A stretch of DNA of 32,384 nucleotides from the NCBI GenBank assembly GCA_037144035.1, contig JBAWXO010000001.1, forward strand, positions 1 through 32,384, given 5' to 3'. Positions 31,442 to 32,384 of the stretch are shown here, piece after piece. A program made the translations under genes and the position numbers. The notes under the pieces are model-generated. The model ran no database searches. It was not told the DNA's origin and saw nothing but the letters and a program-made list of their open reading frames with translations. This DNA comes from Kiritimatiellales bacterium (lineage in GTDB: Bacteria; Verrucomicrobiota; Kiritimatiellia; Kiritimatiellales; Tichowtungiaceae). Each line of letters begins with the position of its first letter. Position 1 is the stretch's first letter.

Positions 31442-32353
31442 TTAAAACGCGCCGAAGAAAATAGTACTAAAGGTGGTCACCGGCGAGGTTTCGCGCATAT
31501 CGTCAATCGCCGCGCGCAGTTCCGCCAGAAGCTTCCGGGCTTCGTTGTAGATTTCATCATCGTTAACCAGCTTGCCGAGGGTGCCCTCGCCTGATCCAAT
31601 TTTATCCGTGATACTGCGGATGTTCGCCACGGAGACGCTGAGATTCTGATAAAGCTGATCGTCCTTGGACATCAGTTTTCCTAATGTGCCCTCACCGTTC
31701 GCCAGCCGTTCGCTTATTTCCTTCAGATTAGACATGGATGCTTTCAAATCGGTGTAAACGGCGTCATCATTGATCAGCTTGCCGATCGTTCCTTCGCCTT
31801 TGGCGATCTTATCGGTGACATCACGCAGATTATCATAAACCGCATCCTCATAGATGAGTTTGCCAACGGTGCCTTTGCCGGAGGCAATCTGGTCGGTTAT
31901 TTCCCGAACGCTCGCCACAGCGGAGCCAAGTTCTTCGAGGATATCCGTCGGAGTCGTACCTTTGATCACAGCGTCTTCCGGAATCGGCTGCGCGTTCGCA
32001 GGGCCTTCCTCAATTTTCAGCTGTTTCCCTCCGAGCATCGAAGCGGCGACCACTTCGACCTTGTACCCTTCGCGGAATTGCACCGGCACGTCGAGGTCGG
32101 CGCGAACAATTACATGATTATTTTTCAGCGCCGTTTCCTTCACTACACCGGCTTTCATGCCGCGCAGGAAAACGTTGTCGCCATCGCGCAGGCCGCTGAC
32201 TTCCTCGAAGCGAACCGCCACGGGATATTTTTTCTGCAGAAAATTCTGCCGGCTCAGGATGATAGTGGACACACCCAGAGCGATGAGAATGATGAACATA
32301 AAGAAGACGACCAGGACTTCTATGCTGAGATCTTTTTGATATTTATCAGACAT
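31442..32353 (-). CDS. MlaD/MCE family protein
   Basis: N-terminal TM, MCE motif F.EVSGLRDGDNVFLRGMKAGVV, SMLGGK.L.I..G, helical tail with GxGTxGKL repeats. Confidence 0.9.
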   Translation of the reverse strand: MSDKYQKDLSIEVLVVFFMFIILIALGVSTIILSRQNFLQKKYPVAVRFEEVSGLRDGDNVFLRGMKAGVVKETALKNNHVIVRADLDVPVQFREGYKVEVVAASMLGGKQLKIEEGPANAQPIPEDAVIKGTTPTDILEELGSAVASVREITDQIASGKGTVGKLIYEDAVYDNLRDVTDKIAKGEGTIGKLINDDAVYTDLKASMSNLKEISERLANGEGTLGKLMSKDDQLYQNLSVSVANIRSITDKIGSGEGTLGKLVNDDEIYNEARKLLAELRAAIDDMRETSPVTTFSTIFFGAF

Positions 32354-32384
32354 GTTTCTCCATCCCTTTCTCCCAGGCACCCCG

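Noticed and set aside
32346-32384. Possible 3' end of an upstream gene (RGAWEKGMEKHV*), perhaps mlaF
   Set aside because: Only 12 codons are visible, so identity cannot be supported.

Overview
Chromosomal window of a moderately GC-rich bacterium. Gene content and style suggest PVC superphylum, possibly Kiritimatiellota, but this is inference only. It is mostly housekeeping: a partial SGNH hydrolase, ligA, parB, tig-clpP-clpX, monomeric NADP-IDH, rph, a lactonase, a CvfB-like protein, an ABC-F ATPase, manA, yjbQ, pyrH-frr, split coaC/coaB and MlaD. Three small toxin-antitoxin-like pairs flank the tig-clpP-clpX block. Four signals go beyond routine annotation. (1) A highly iterated palindrome TTCCAA-N3-TTGGAA: about 20 copies with 0-2 mismatches found by eye, many written into coding sequence in all three frames. 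(2) An operon of a membrane-anchored double OB-fold protein, an archaeal-type TctA/DUF112 permease without TctB/TctC, and a YdjM-like metal-dependent hydrolase, a candidate ComEC-analogous nucleic-acid uptake module. (3) A 744-bp integrase-free insertion that replaced the 3' end of clpX and left the displaced copy behind. (4) A LigA lacking its C4 zinc finger. Most larger intergenic gaps hold REP-like hairpins or short periodic repeats of several families.
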